DNA of 64,000 nt from Amoebophrya sp. A120 (lineage: Eukaryota > Protista > Dinoflagellata). Position numbers and translations under genes: made by a program. The notes under the pieces were generated by a model. It was not told the DNA's origin. It did no database searches and saw only the letters and a program-made list of their open reading frames with translations. The DNA is taken from positions 3,931,420 through 3,995,419 of the forward strand of contig CAJINV010000008.1 in the NCBI GenBank assembly GCA_905178155.1, written 5' to 3'. Positions 1 to 11,711 of this stretch are shown here, in pieces. The number at the start of each line of letters is the position of its first letter. Within the stretch, counting starts at the first letter, position 1.

Positions 1-63
1 GCCCTGTGTTCAGGCGTTATTCGCGGGCCTGTGCGTACGTCTGCCCTGCTCCAGCCGCTTACT

Positions 64-181
64 TGTGGTTGACCCCGCGCAGAAGCCTACGCGGCACTAC
101 TGGCTCACTTCGGCCGCGTCTTTGCGGTTGACCCCACGCAGAGGCCTAGACGGCGCTACTGGTTCACTTCAGCCGCACGGG
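64..181. repeat. Two imperfect ~59-bp tandem copies
   Basis: tgtggttgaccccgcgcagaagcctacgcggcactactggctcacttc at 64 recurs as tgcggttgaccccacgcagaggcctagacggcgctactggttcacttc at 123. Confidence 0.8.
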
Positions 182-339
182 CCCCATGAATGTGTTGCCG
201 CTTGGGACGGAAGGACACCAGGGCGAGCTCCCTGCCTGCGGCAGCGGGGCCGACTGCGCGGCGGGCCCCCGCTGCGTTTCCCCTGTTGCGGGCGCGGAGC
301 GATGTACGCGACAGGAGCCCTCCTTGCATGCGAGTGGGA

Positions 340-862
340 AAGGAAGGCGGGGGACCCCGAACAAGACGGGGGCCCCCCGCGAGCAGGTGAAAAAGGTGGG
401 GGGGCCCCCTTGGGCACCGCTGGTACAGGCCGGGGGCCCCCCGCGAGCAGTTGAAAAATGTGGGGGGGCCCCTTGGGTGCCCCCGGCCTCCAAAGGTGGA
501 GGCCGGGGGCCCCCTGCGGGCGGGAGGGATCTACCGCGGAGAAGGACGGGGCCCCCCCCGGCCTCCGGCGGGCGGCCCGGCCGGGAGAAGGGCGGGGGTC
601 CCCTGCGGAGGCGGACGCGCGGGGGCCCCCTGCGGGCGCGGGATGCCCAGCGGGTGGTAAGGCGGGAGGCGGGGGCCCCCTGTTTCACCAGGCAGGCGGC
701 CCGGGAGAAGGGCGGGGGCCCCCTGTGGAGGCGGAAGGGCGGGGGCCCCCTGCGGACGCGGGATACGCAGCGGGTGAGGTGGAGGCGGAAGCGCGGGGGC
801 CCCCTGCGGAGGCGGGATGCCCAGCGGGCGAGAGGGCGGGAGGCGGGGGCCCCCTGCTTTCC
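340..862. repeat. GC-rich degenerate minisatellite built on GGGGGCCCCC units
   Basis: Recurrent gcgggggccccctgcggaggcgga / gcgggatgcccagcggg / cccgggagaagggcggggg blocks. Confidence 0.8.
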
Positions 863-1132
863 CCGATGGTATGCGCGACACAAAAATAATAACCCTCATC
901 GTAGCATCGTGATTAATAATCTAGGCCTCAGCACGTGCCGGTCTCTCAAGAAATTATTATTATTACTAATTGCAGATACAGATAATTCTTACTCATGAAT
1001 AAAATTGCAAGCTCAACATAAATTTTCTCATCATGTGCAGCTAGCATACACACAGAGTGCCAGTGCGCCAGATTCTATCCAAGAAGAAACACGAACACTA
1101 CATCTTCTATCTTCATCACCCAGATCTTCATC

Positions 1133-4100
1133 GTGGCGATTGTCGAAGAACAGGACGGGAGCCACATGGGGAGGATGATGGCGATCCGTGGTAGTACAAC
1201 CATGTGCACGACCTCCCACCAACGAGTAGCACGACGAGGAGGAGCTTGGCCTTGGGGAACGACTTGGTGTTGGAGAGCCGGGCAGCTACAGCGATCTTAT
1301 TTCCTTACCCTCATCTTTGTTCTCTACTTGTGCGATTTGGTGGTGCCGCCTGCAGCAGGTGCAGCGCAAGGACGGAAATTGTTTTCACGAAGAGGAAGAC
1401 GAGCAGATCAAGCGCCGCGGTCGCCGCCCTCGTCGTCTATCTTAAACGCAACAACATCGTCCTCGCCGCGAGGACATCAAAAAATCTCGGCTGCAATAAA
1501 CAGTGAACAGCAAGAACTTCTACCATCGTCAAACTGCGCACCGCCTGGTGCAGCTGCCAGTGGTGTCAAAATCCTCGACGAAGCCTCTCAGGGCGGCGCT
1601 TGCGTCGAGACAGACGAGCCCGACGAGATATCAAATCAAAATCGTGCAGCTTGCTCAACTTCGCCACCACTTTCACCGGGAGCTGCAGAACCCACGGTGT
1701 GCGAAGCAACGGCCTTGCAGTGCCACAGCGTGGGCACGGTAGGGCATCCCCACACGTGTGCTCCGCCTTGCAAGTACGTGGCCAAAGCCAGGGGGTGCAA
1801 GGACGGGCTGGCTTGCCAGCGCTGCCATTTGTGCCGGTGGAGTGCCGCACAACCGCGAAGAGACAGGCGAGGAGCCGCGCGCGGGGGCCAGCATGCAGGA
1901 GCACGCGCGGAAGCCGAAGCACAAACGTCTGGCGGAAGTGTTGCCGACCCTGTAGTTCGCAAACACGCCGAGGAAGTTGTTGTACCAGCAGGAAATTCTT
2001 TCCAGTTTCGCGACGAAACCAAATCTAGGCTTGCGGAGCAACTACTGCTGGCCGCACGCAATATCGCACAAAACCACGACTTGGGGAAAGAGCAGGATGG
2101 TGATCTTTGTCCAGACACTTATACAACTGGAGCACCAGAACAGGCAGACTCACATTTCTTGGTACCACGACCACCGAGCCGTGCGACTTCTACCTCCACA
2201 ACAAATACAAAACAGGAGATAAAAGACGGACCAATAAAAAAAGTGGACAGTGGTGCCGCTAGCGCGAGCAGTAACACCACCCGTGAAGTAGAGTACCAGA
2301 ACAGCAAAATTTCAGCTTCATCTGCAAGAAGTTGCGCCTCTTCTAGTGCTCCTTGTGCATCTTCTTCAAAAGACGGCCGTGCGAGCGGCATCGCCGCACC
2401 ACTTGGATGGAATAATATGTCTCGGAGTCCAGCGTCAGACGAGTCATCAACGGCCGCCTCAGCGTCGTCGTTTGAGGTTCTTGAGCACCAACAACCTGGC
2501 GAAAAGGCCGCACTGGTGGATGTTGAACTCACCTCCAGGGGTGGGAAGACCGAGGCACAAGATGACACCAGCACAAAAAAGCCGAAAGACGTAAAGAAGA
2601 GACCTACTTCATCTTCGCCACTGCTCCTGCCAAGTGCCCCACGAAAGCGAGACAACCTAGAAGCAGGTGAACCCCTGCGCTACGAGCGTGGTGTGTTGCA
2701 GCCTGGCACCGCGTCCTCAAGTTCTTCGTTGGCTCCGTTCCAACATGCTCCAACGGAGCAGGTGAAGATGACACACGCGCTGCGGGCAGAGGAAAAGGCG
2801 GTGGAGCTCCTGCAGCTTCGTCCTTGAGTGCTGCAGGAAGCTGGCGCAGAAGTTCCTGTTCCGCCTTCTGCAGTAGCGGTCGTTCGTGTACACTCATCTT
2901 GCTGTGGGCCCCGGGCGGGCGGGGAGGGTCGAGCAGGAGGAGTCCCCGGTGTCGTAATAGCTGACATTACTAGTGTCCCCGACAGCAGATGGGTCGCGAA
3001 TCGGGAATGTTGGCAAGAAGAGTGCGGTCGCGGTCCAGAACAAGCACCTTCAGAGCAGGATGATGAAGACATGTTGGACGAGCGCCGCAGCTATCAAAGT
3101 TCCAGGAGCCGCGCCAGCGTGATGACCACATCGTCGCCATCCTTCAATCGGCCGACAGTCACAGAACTGATGCACTTGCGAGAACAAGAGCTGCTGCGCA
3201 GAAAACAAGCAAGTCGCGCGAAAAGAACGAGAGAAGATGAGGACAAAATGAACGGCACTACGTCCTCCGAACACCAGCAAGAAGAGGCGCATGATAAAGA
3301 AGAACCCTGGTGCCCACCTCCGTCCTCGCCCTACTTCGACGGTCCAAACCCAGAAGAGGAGTTTGTTGCCTTTTGCTCCGCTCTGGAAGCGGCAAAGGAC
3401 GCCGAAACTCCGGTGAAGGTGAACGCCGCCCTGAGGAAAGACGGGAAGAACCTCGGTAGCTGTGCAGCTAGCGGTAAAATACTTTCGCCGCAAGACCGCG
3501 CACTGTCGCCGTTGGCCGCCGAGACGCTTGCTTCGCTTTCCTCTAGATTGTCGCTTTGCTCGCAGGGAACGAGCTTGGAAGAAGGAGAAGTCGACCGCGG
3601 CTCGCAAAGATGCGCATCTCCTGTCGTGCCAGCGGGCGCCAGAAGTACTATTTCCCATGGCGGGAGCAGCGGTGGCGGTCATGGTTATAGTTTTGTTCTT
3701 TCTGCTCCCGCCGAGGCCGACACTGTTGCTGGTCCGGGTGGAGGTGGTCCTCCGAAGCAAGAAGCACTCGCGGGGGCGGAGTGGAGGGGGACTGCGTCAT
3801 CTTCAACTTCGGTGCGATCCGGACCGACGGAAATTGAATTTGCAAATCTTGCAAACAGCTTGCAGATGAAATGCGCGCAACTTCTCTCTGAGAACGTATG
3901 CTTGTTGCAACTTATCTACGTGTCGTCCATGCCGCGCCGATTCCGATCGAGTCATGTGTCTGTAGTATTACTGCTTCTCGCAAACCGAAGTTCAATTAGA
4001 TTTTTTACCGCCTCCTGTGACCATGTTCATGAGTATATTAATTTGTACTTCGTAAATGTAATTCCACACTTCAGTCCTCAATTTGCGCAACGAGGCAGGG

Positions 4101-4562
4101 CACACTGCAGCTGCTCATGATCAGCGTAGCCATACATTTGATGACTTGCCAGGGCGAAGCAAACAACACGATAACGCTTTTTTGTCTGCATAGCGCGATC
4201 GCCTCCGTGACGAAGCAGTTTCAATCCCGGCGCCTCCAAAGGTCAGAGCGTTCCTTGAAGCTACGCTGGAACGGCCCTTCCAAGAGGTGGAAGACGAAGA
4301 CCTGGAGCTCTGCAAATCAAAGCTTGAGGCATTTTTAGCGTCCACCGAGCTGCCAAGCAAGTTGTCTGAAGGTAGTTCTACGCAAGGAAGGCCAGGTGGA
4401 CGTGGAGCAGGCGTTGGAGGTGGAGGTTATCTTCTGCGTCCTCACATGGGCGCAACGACGCCGACGTCACCCGTACGCGTACCCGAAAACTTTTACAATG
4501 ATAACGAGGATGGCTCTGGAAAAGGAAAAGTCCTTCTCGCTGCCCGGTATAACTTTAACTAG
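1133..4562 (+). CDS. Multi-exon low-complexity protein with CCCH-like Zn finger (exon boundaries approximate)
   Basis: HSVGTVGHPHTCAPPCKYVAKARGCKDGLACQRCHLCRW at ~1720-1840; consecutive long + ORFs; intron ~3896-4193 joins ...LLSEN to RDRLRDE...; junction near 2827 unresolved. Confidence 0.55.
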
Positions 4563-4649
4563 TTCAAAATCAAAATGAAGTCATGACACAACTGCAGGTC
4601 GAGATATAACAAGTACAAGTAGTAGAACTACTAGCATCAGCTGAATCTG

Positions 4650-5947
4650 TATCCAGAAAAAAACACCCATCCCCATCCATTTTGCTATTTTTTCAACAAA
4701 CAAAAACAAGTTTTTTTTCAAAAAATTTTAAGGGTTTTCATCAATCGGCATCGGAAGCAATCACTTTAGTGCTGACATAGCTAAAGTGGCGTCATAGCTA
4801 AGAACTTTTGACATGAATTAAAGTAGCTAGGTCCATCGCAGGTCATCGCAGCAGGCGACGACTTCCAGATCCTGCAGAAGCCTCTTTTCGCCGCCGCGCA
4901 TCGACTCTGGCCCCATCGCTTGGCCCATTTTGTAGTGGCCATATCGCCATGCCACCGCGTCGCCACATGGGATGAACGCGACGGACCTGGGATGGATTTT
5001 GACATGTGCTCTCCTTTCGGTTCGAGTGGATAATACAAATTCCGGACGGGGAGACTTTTGCTGTTCGGCAAGGCTGCCGAAGCAAAAACTTTTTTGATTT
5101 TGTTTTTTTCCAAAAAAATTTCGTTTTTGAAATTGACCTTGTTTTTGATGGATGATGTTTTTTCGCACGACGGTACCACAAATATTGGGTCGACCCATCC
5201 AGTCCATTTTCTTTTAGAAGTGGCTGGATGGGTCGAAGCAATATTTGTGGTACCGTCGTGCGAAAAAACATCATCCACAAATTCTAGTGTCATTTTGAAA
5301 ATTGCAACAATTCCTACTTTTTTGTGGATGATGTTTTTTCGCACGACGGTACCACAAATATTGCCTCGACCCATCCAGCCATTTCTAAAAGAAAATGGAC
5401 TGGATGGGTCGATCCAATATTTGTGGTACCGTCGTGCGAAAAAACATCATCCATCAAAAAAGTGAGCATTTTCAAAAACGTGGCATTTTTTTGCAAAAAA
5501 AAAAAATGTTTTTTTTTCGTGAGCTGGAACGCAAGATCTGCTCTGCAATTATCGATGATAATTGCGCAGCTGGTGCTGCTCCCGCTAATTCCAATGGTGC
5601 AGCCGCGGCGTTCTTGGCGGGTTGTCCTCTACCTCTGGGTATCTGTGCGTGACTGCGCCAAAAGTTCAAAACCTCCATGGGGCCAGAGGTGCCCAACGAC
5701 GAGAACGGGCTTCGGCGAGTTGTATTTCTCGGTCGTGGTTCGGATCTCGGTTTCAGCTAGCTACCTCAAAATCACTTAGCGAAAGTATGTGCCACTGACG
5801 CCACTAGCTAGCTCCATCAATTAGTACTTCTCGCAAATGCCATGCAAAAAATATTTCGGAGTTTTTTATTTCTTTATTTATTTTTCATGATTTTTTTGCA
5901 TTGAAAAAATGGCAAAATGGATGGGGATGGGTGTTTTTTTCTGGATA
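4650..5947. mobile_element. 1.3-kb non-autonomous TIR element (MITE-like) with central double hairpin
   Basis: ~47-bp TIR tatccagaaaaaaacacccatccccatccattttgc... / ...gcaaaatggatggggatgggtgtttttttctggata; 5-bp TSD atctg at 4645-4649 and 5948-5952. Confidence 0.9.
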
Positions 5948-6019
5948 ATCTGTACATTCTTTTAGCTTGATTTTCGACCTGCATCATTATAATGTAACAT
6001 CTTTACCAGGGCGCTTGCC

Positions 6020-9000
6020 GTGGACGTAGATTTTCTCGAGGACGATTTTCCGGAAAATTGCGGGAACCAGATGCAGCACGCTGTGGAAATAAAGCACGAC
6101 ATCCAGCGACCTTTTTTGCGAACAAGACCAGATCAACATGTACCAGCCGAGGATCACGGCCACAGCGGGGGAGTGGGTCGCGCCAAGGAGAAACCAGCGG
6201 AGGGGGCTCCATCCCAGCGCATGCAGAAAAAGCTGGCGGCAAAGCAGCTCCTTCCCAGGACTCGCTCACTTCCCGACGCAGTGGGTGCAGAACACGACAG
6301 CATTGCTGGAGGAGGGCCACGAGGTCGAGTAAGGTATGGCAGCTCATATATAATAAAGCGAGTGATTTGATGATTTGTATAGGTGCAGTATATTACACGA
6401 AGTTCATGATTGTGGTGGACAAAATTTGGAATTTGAGCTGCAGGCTTTCGTGGCCATTTTCATTTTCAACAAAAACGTGAAGAACTGCAAGAAAAAGAAA
6501 CACGAAAAAGAAATCAAAAAATCTTATGTTCGTATATCAAACAGTTCCGCGAGCAGCTCTGTTTATTCCCTGGCGTCTTCTTCGCTGCCACACGAAAGAC
6601 AACACCTGCAGACCTGTCCAGCTACACCTTCCCCAGAGGGGGCACGCGAATTTTTCCAAACGCATGGGGGTCCTCCAGCTTCAAGAACTGCAACGCCCTC
6701 CGACGAGCGTGTCATCTTGAACTCCCCGCCTGGAACGGGAACTGATGCAGGAGCAGCAGGACCGCGTGCTCCTGCTGTGCAGCACTCCATCGATTTAGAG
6801 ATTCAATTGCTGCAACAACGCCTCACTGAGCTGCACCTGCAGAAACTGCAGCAAGCGCCAATGGGTCAAGATTGTACTTCGTCTCCGACGGCGCAGAATG
6901 ACCCAATGGGGGCGGGGGGTACTTGTTTGTCGCGTAGTGCGACGAGTGCCTCGGGGTTGCGAAGGAGATTCTCCTCGGAGCCTGTGCTGGGGCAGTCGAA
7001 GAACTACGCCAGCAACCCACCGGGTTCCTCTTCATCTCCAGAAGGAAGTTTGATGAGCAGCGTCGCCCCGGTGCAGCTCCTGCAGCGCTCGGCTTCTTTC
7101 TCTTTTCCCCCGGGTTTGGGAGGGTTCTTATGTTCGGAAGGAGACCGCGACGCTCAACATGGTCATGGAGATCGGGGCATCAAAGGCCGGTTTCACAGCG
7201 GAGCAGATGATCTACTAGATCAGCAACATGATATGGCGCATCGCAATCCAGCAAGAGATGGCATGCACTCAGCTCCACCAGGACTGGCCCAGCACGAGCA
7301 TTTTTCAGCACCACCAGGATCCTCCGCGACACCGACGGGGAGTCCGGTTTTTTCAGCTGGAGTTGACGATGCCGCCTTGGCAGCAAGAATAAAGCGTAAT
7401 CCCAATTTGAGGGCGTGGCACGATCGCGCAGCCTTTCACACAGCGCCTGCCTGTCCGTCGAGACGCAGTGAATCCGTTTCGTCGACGCAAAGCAGACGGT
7501 CAGTGACAAGCACAGTAAGCCAGTTGATCGCTCCAGGAGCAGGTCAAGGTCGTCATATGGTAGAATCGCAACCTCTGCGAGTGCAGCTGCAGTGCGGAGC
7601 AGCATTAGACTCCGCACACGTGGAGCAGCACAAGAACGCTGCAATACAGCTGCCCATGATGGGCAGAGCAACATCAAGTGCACCTCCGGGTCTCGTCTCG
7701 CCTCCTGGTCTTGTCTCGTCCCCATCACCAAGCCGTTCTTCGTCTCGAGGAGCTCTTTCGAACGCATCCGCACCCGCCGTACAACAGCTGCAGCCGCAAC
7801 ACCTGACTGCGCAGCTACTCCGGTCGTGGGGAAGCGCGAGCTCCATGTCGAGCTTGATGAAGGCAGGACTGCCCCCAGCGGCCACGAGCTCCAGGTCAAT
7901 GAAACGCGGTGCGCACGGCGGGTCCTCCTATCCTGCTAGTCCGTGTAGCCTCTCGGCCTTCGGCAGTATGAACTCCATGGTCGACTTTGCTGTGGACGAA
8001 GACAAGCCTTGCGACTTTCCCTACGCTCCCACGCCCGAGAGCGTGCTCTGCGGGTGGTCCCCCCGAAGCGCCGCCAGCGGCGGGGGCGGGGCGGCGAGGA
8101 CCAGCAGCGGAGGTGGTGGCACAACAACAACTGCTGTCGGATTCGGAATGGGGCCGCCGGGCGGCAGTAGAGCTGCGCCTGCCGGGCCGTCGTCGGGGTG
8201 GAGCTTTTGTGGTGCGTCCCACGACGACCAGATGCTTGCCGGATTAAACACGACCGGAAAAGAACCAGGAGGCGACGGAGGTGGTTCTTCTTCTTTCGGG
8301 CAGCAGCCGGCGCAATATCAAGACAGTGGTCAAGACACCTACGTAGTTCAGGATCATTTCATGACCTGGGACGATCTGGAGAACGACTTGTTTCCCGGGC
8401 CTGACGGCTCCGTGACGGTACAGAATGTTGCTGGTGCAGCTCCTCCTACTACTTCGTGCTCGTCCTGTAGTAGAGCGGGGATGAGCCAATCGCCCGCTTC
8501 TCCAAATGGTGGTGGCGCGCTTCCTAGTACTGCACACCCACAAGGTCTAATTTCCCCGATGTTGATCCAGGGACCCACGCCTCCGCGACATGAAGTAGAA
8601 GTTGTGCAGAACCGCGCGGCGGGAGCTTTTCATCCTGAGCAGGTGCCAGCAATGGCTGCAGCAGAGGGGTACAACTATAGTGGTCAACATCAATTTCACT
8701 ATGCTCCTTTTGTTCCGGAAAATCAACAACAAGGGGGACAACATTTTGCTCCTTTGCAGGAGCCGCAGCTAATCCAGTCGCCCGGCAGCTCCTTCAATTA
8801 CACGACAGCTCTCCAGCCGCCGCCAGGCTTAGCTGCACTGGGTCCAAATGAAAATAATGCAGGGTGCAACTGCTGGATCTGATTCTTGTCCTGGGCGCCG
8901 GGGGCCGGCTCCTACGACCAAGGGGAATGGCAACGCAACGGCGACCACTGCGCGACAGCAAAGAAGAACCTCTGGGTCCTCCTGCGAGGACACGACCGGT

Positions 9001-10080
9001 GCAGCTGGGGCGCACAAGAATCGTCCCAGCCGCGCCAGTGGTGCTGGAAGCGATGAGCGCCCCGGAGCTGCACCAGAAGATCAGCATGATTTTCAACAAT
9101 CGCCAGACGAACTAGCCAAGCCACACATCTTCTGCTGGAACGCGTTGCGGATGCCCTACTACTCGCTCCGGGGGTACAGACACGAAGTCGGCGAAAGCGT
9201 GTGGTCGGTGCGTGGTAGTGCTCTGCGTAGTTTCTCCAGCCGCGCCCCGCGAGGAGGATCATCAGGGCTCATCAACAAAACTACAAAGACAAAAACTACT
9301 ACTACGATCCATCGTTCTCATAGTTTCGCGGCCCACGAACACGATGCTGGTAGAAGGAAAAGTTGGCAGCTCTCTACCTCGCACGCTTCGACGGTACAAC
9401 AGCCGCACTCGCAGTCGCGCCCGCAAAGTCGAATCGCGGACTGGAACTGCCGTCCTCATCTCGGGGCTCAAGGTCATTCCAGTTCTACTGCAGCGCCGCC
9501 ACCGCCAATGTCATCTTCAATTTCCGCTTCTGGTCTCGGTGCTGGCACCGCGGCTCGAGGGTCACATCATCAAGATCAGGCTCAGCATGTTGACACACCC
9601 CTCCTGCAACAACGTGGGGACAGCGACCCTGCTGTGCTCCTGAATGCCGACGCAACTGCAGTGGATGCTGACTCGGCTCATCATCAGGGATATTCTGACA
9701 CGGGTCGTGTTTCCCTCGAACAATTATCGGATGCTGGCGTACATCATTCACAATCGGTCCCGGGGGTTGAAGCACAAGGGCGTCACATTTTGACCGATGA
9801 AAGTGAAGAAAGTAGAGATCCGGAAGAAGATGATCTGCATAAGAGCGATGATGAGTACCAGCTGCAAGAGGGAGAGACTCTTCAACCAGCAGATGAAAGA
9901 TCACCCCGACGACGAGGCGGTCGTGGTGGTGGCACGACAAACAGCACAGCTTCGAAAAAAAGTCGTCGGGGAGTGCGCGGAAAAAGACGCGGGCAGCCGG
10001 GACGAGGCGCGGCACAACAGGATGAAAACTACGAACAGGAAGTACCCGACGCAACTCGAGATCCGCGCTTTGTGGATTGA
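6020..10080 (+). CDS. Large Ser/Pro/Gly/Gln-rich protein of unknown function (multi-exon)
   Basis: Long ORFs 6020-6370, 6375-8882 and 8848-10080 of similar composition; no recognisable domain. Confidence 0.5.
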
Positions 10081-11711
10081 GAAGTGGTGCACCGAGACCG
10101 AACAAAACGAGTGTTGAGGTTTGTGCTCTATTGGATCTTATTCAGAGCACCTTTTGCTTCAAAATACTAAAATGTAAATGTTTTTGTAGGCATCACCAAA
10201 GACGAAAATGATATATGAATCCGGTACATTATTACTAAAACACAACGACGCAAACATAGCACGACGGTATTCGTATTGAAGATTTTCATTTTCCAGCTCG
10301 ACCTGTGCAGCTCTAAACTTTTGAAACATCGAGATTATGAGGCTATCCTTACTATCGGCATTGACAGGAGACGACTACTAGTTCTTGGGAATGATTGATT
10401 TTCATTTCCTGCACGCATTGTTATAGTACACCCACACCATCGCACTGCGGACCTCGAGGCTCGACTCCGATACCTTGTTACCGATAACTTCACCGTCGTC
10501 ACCACGACCGAAGGAACACTTGTCCAGAAGACAATACACACTTTTATGCGATGTTCTGCTTTTGACTAGTAAAGTACAGCAAGCCAATTTATTTTATTTG
10601 TCGGTGCACCTGCGGCGCACGTTCACATTCACAGCCATGAGCATGAGTCATGTTTCTGCAGCTTTAGTGCCCGATATTACCGCTAGTTCCTTCTACCGCA
10701 GATATTCCTCTACTAACATCCACATCTATTCGTTTCAACCTTGTGATTGTGTGAAGAACGTTAGATCAGCAGAAGAAGCATTTTATTCTCTTGAGACCGA
10801 TAAAAAGGGATACAACACGAAATGAAGGACCATCGAGCAAACTGCAAGACGCACACGCATTCCTAAATATAGAGACAGACGCAGAAGTGCCGCGCATCTA
10901 CTTATGACGTTCCTACGCCTTCAAATCGATTTTGCTTGGAAAGATTTAGTGACGACTACGCCCAAGCTAGTGAGTCCCGCTATTTGTCGTCCCTGTTAGG
11001 CTTGGTGGACACTCGGAACGTCTGATAGGAGCGGCAGGACGATGAAGCGATATTCTAAGTATCCCCGATGAAGCGCATGTAGCGTTGCCATTGCGCTTGC
11101 CTCGACAAGAAATGTAAATGCATGCGCTCCAGAGCGCAGAACTCCAACTCTATCTCTATGTTCCCGAGCGTCTTCGGCCTCCACATGTCTACCAGGATAG
11201 ATTTTTTCCTGTTCTTTTTGTTTGTCGCCGCGAAGCGGCGGATTCACATCAACGAACAAGATTATATCGAGATCGACATATAACGATTATTGCTCGTTTT
11301 CTTGTTGAAACACCCGAGGGAAAGGAGTGAAACTACAAGCTTGATTTTTTTTGTCCTCTTGACCGGCGTCGCCCAATAATGTACAGAATTTTCGTCGTTG
11401 AGGGTGTGATATAGATTATGGCGCGACACAAAATAAGGCATTGACGAGACGGCTCGGTATCAAGCGGAAGTACATATCACGACCTAAATTGATTTTCTCT
11501 ACTTTGGCTTGTTCGAGCAGGACCACCACACGGAATAACACTCATCAGAAAAGAACATAGAAATGGATGGACCCTAGTTCTGATCTCTTACTTGATTTTT
11601 TGCTTGCATTTACTTACTTTGCGTCCTCTCGGTGAACAAGTGCTTCATAGCAATTTTTACTCCGGGTCTTGTCGACAAGAATTTCCAGGCAAAGACCAAA
11701 ACCGAAGAAAG

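Noticed and set aside
65-998. Multiple long ORFs in the GC-rich repeat
   Set aside because: Stop-poor repeat open in most frames; translations are G/P/R repeats.
4781-5779. ORFs inside the 1.3-kb element as a transposase
   Set aside because: They are translations of the palindrome, mirrored on both strands, with no DDE or HUH motifs.
11288-11474. Possible eroded introner
   Set aside because: Very weak IR, no TSD and no frame to test.
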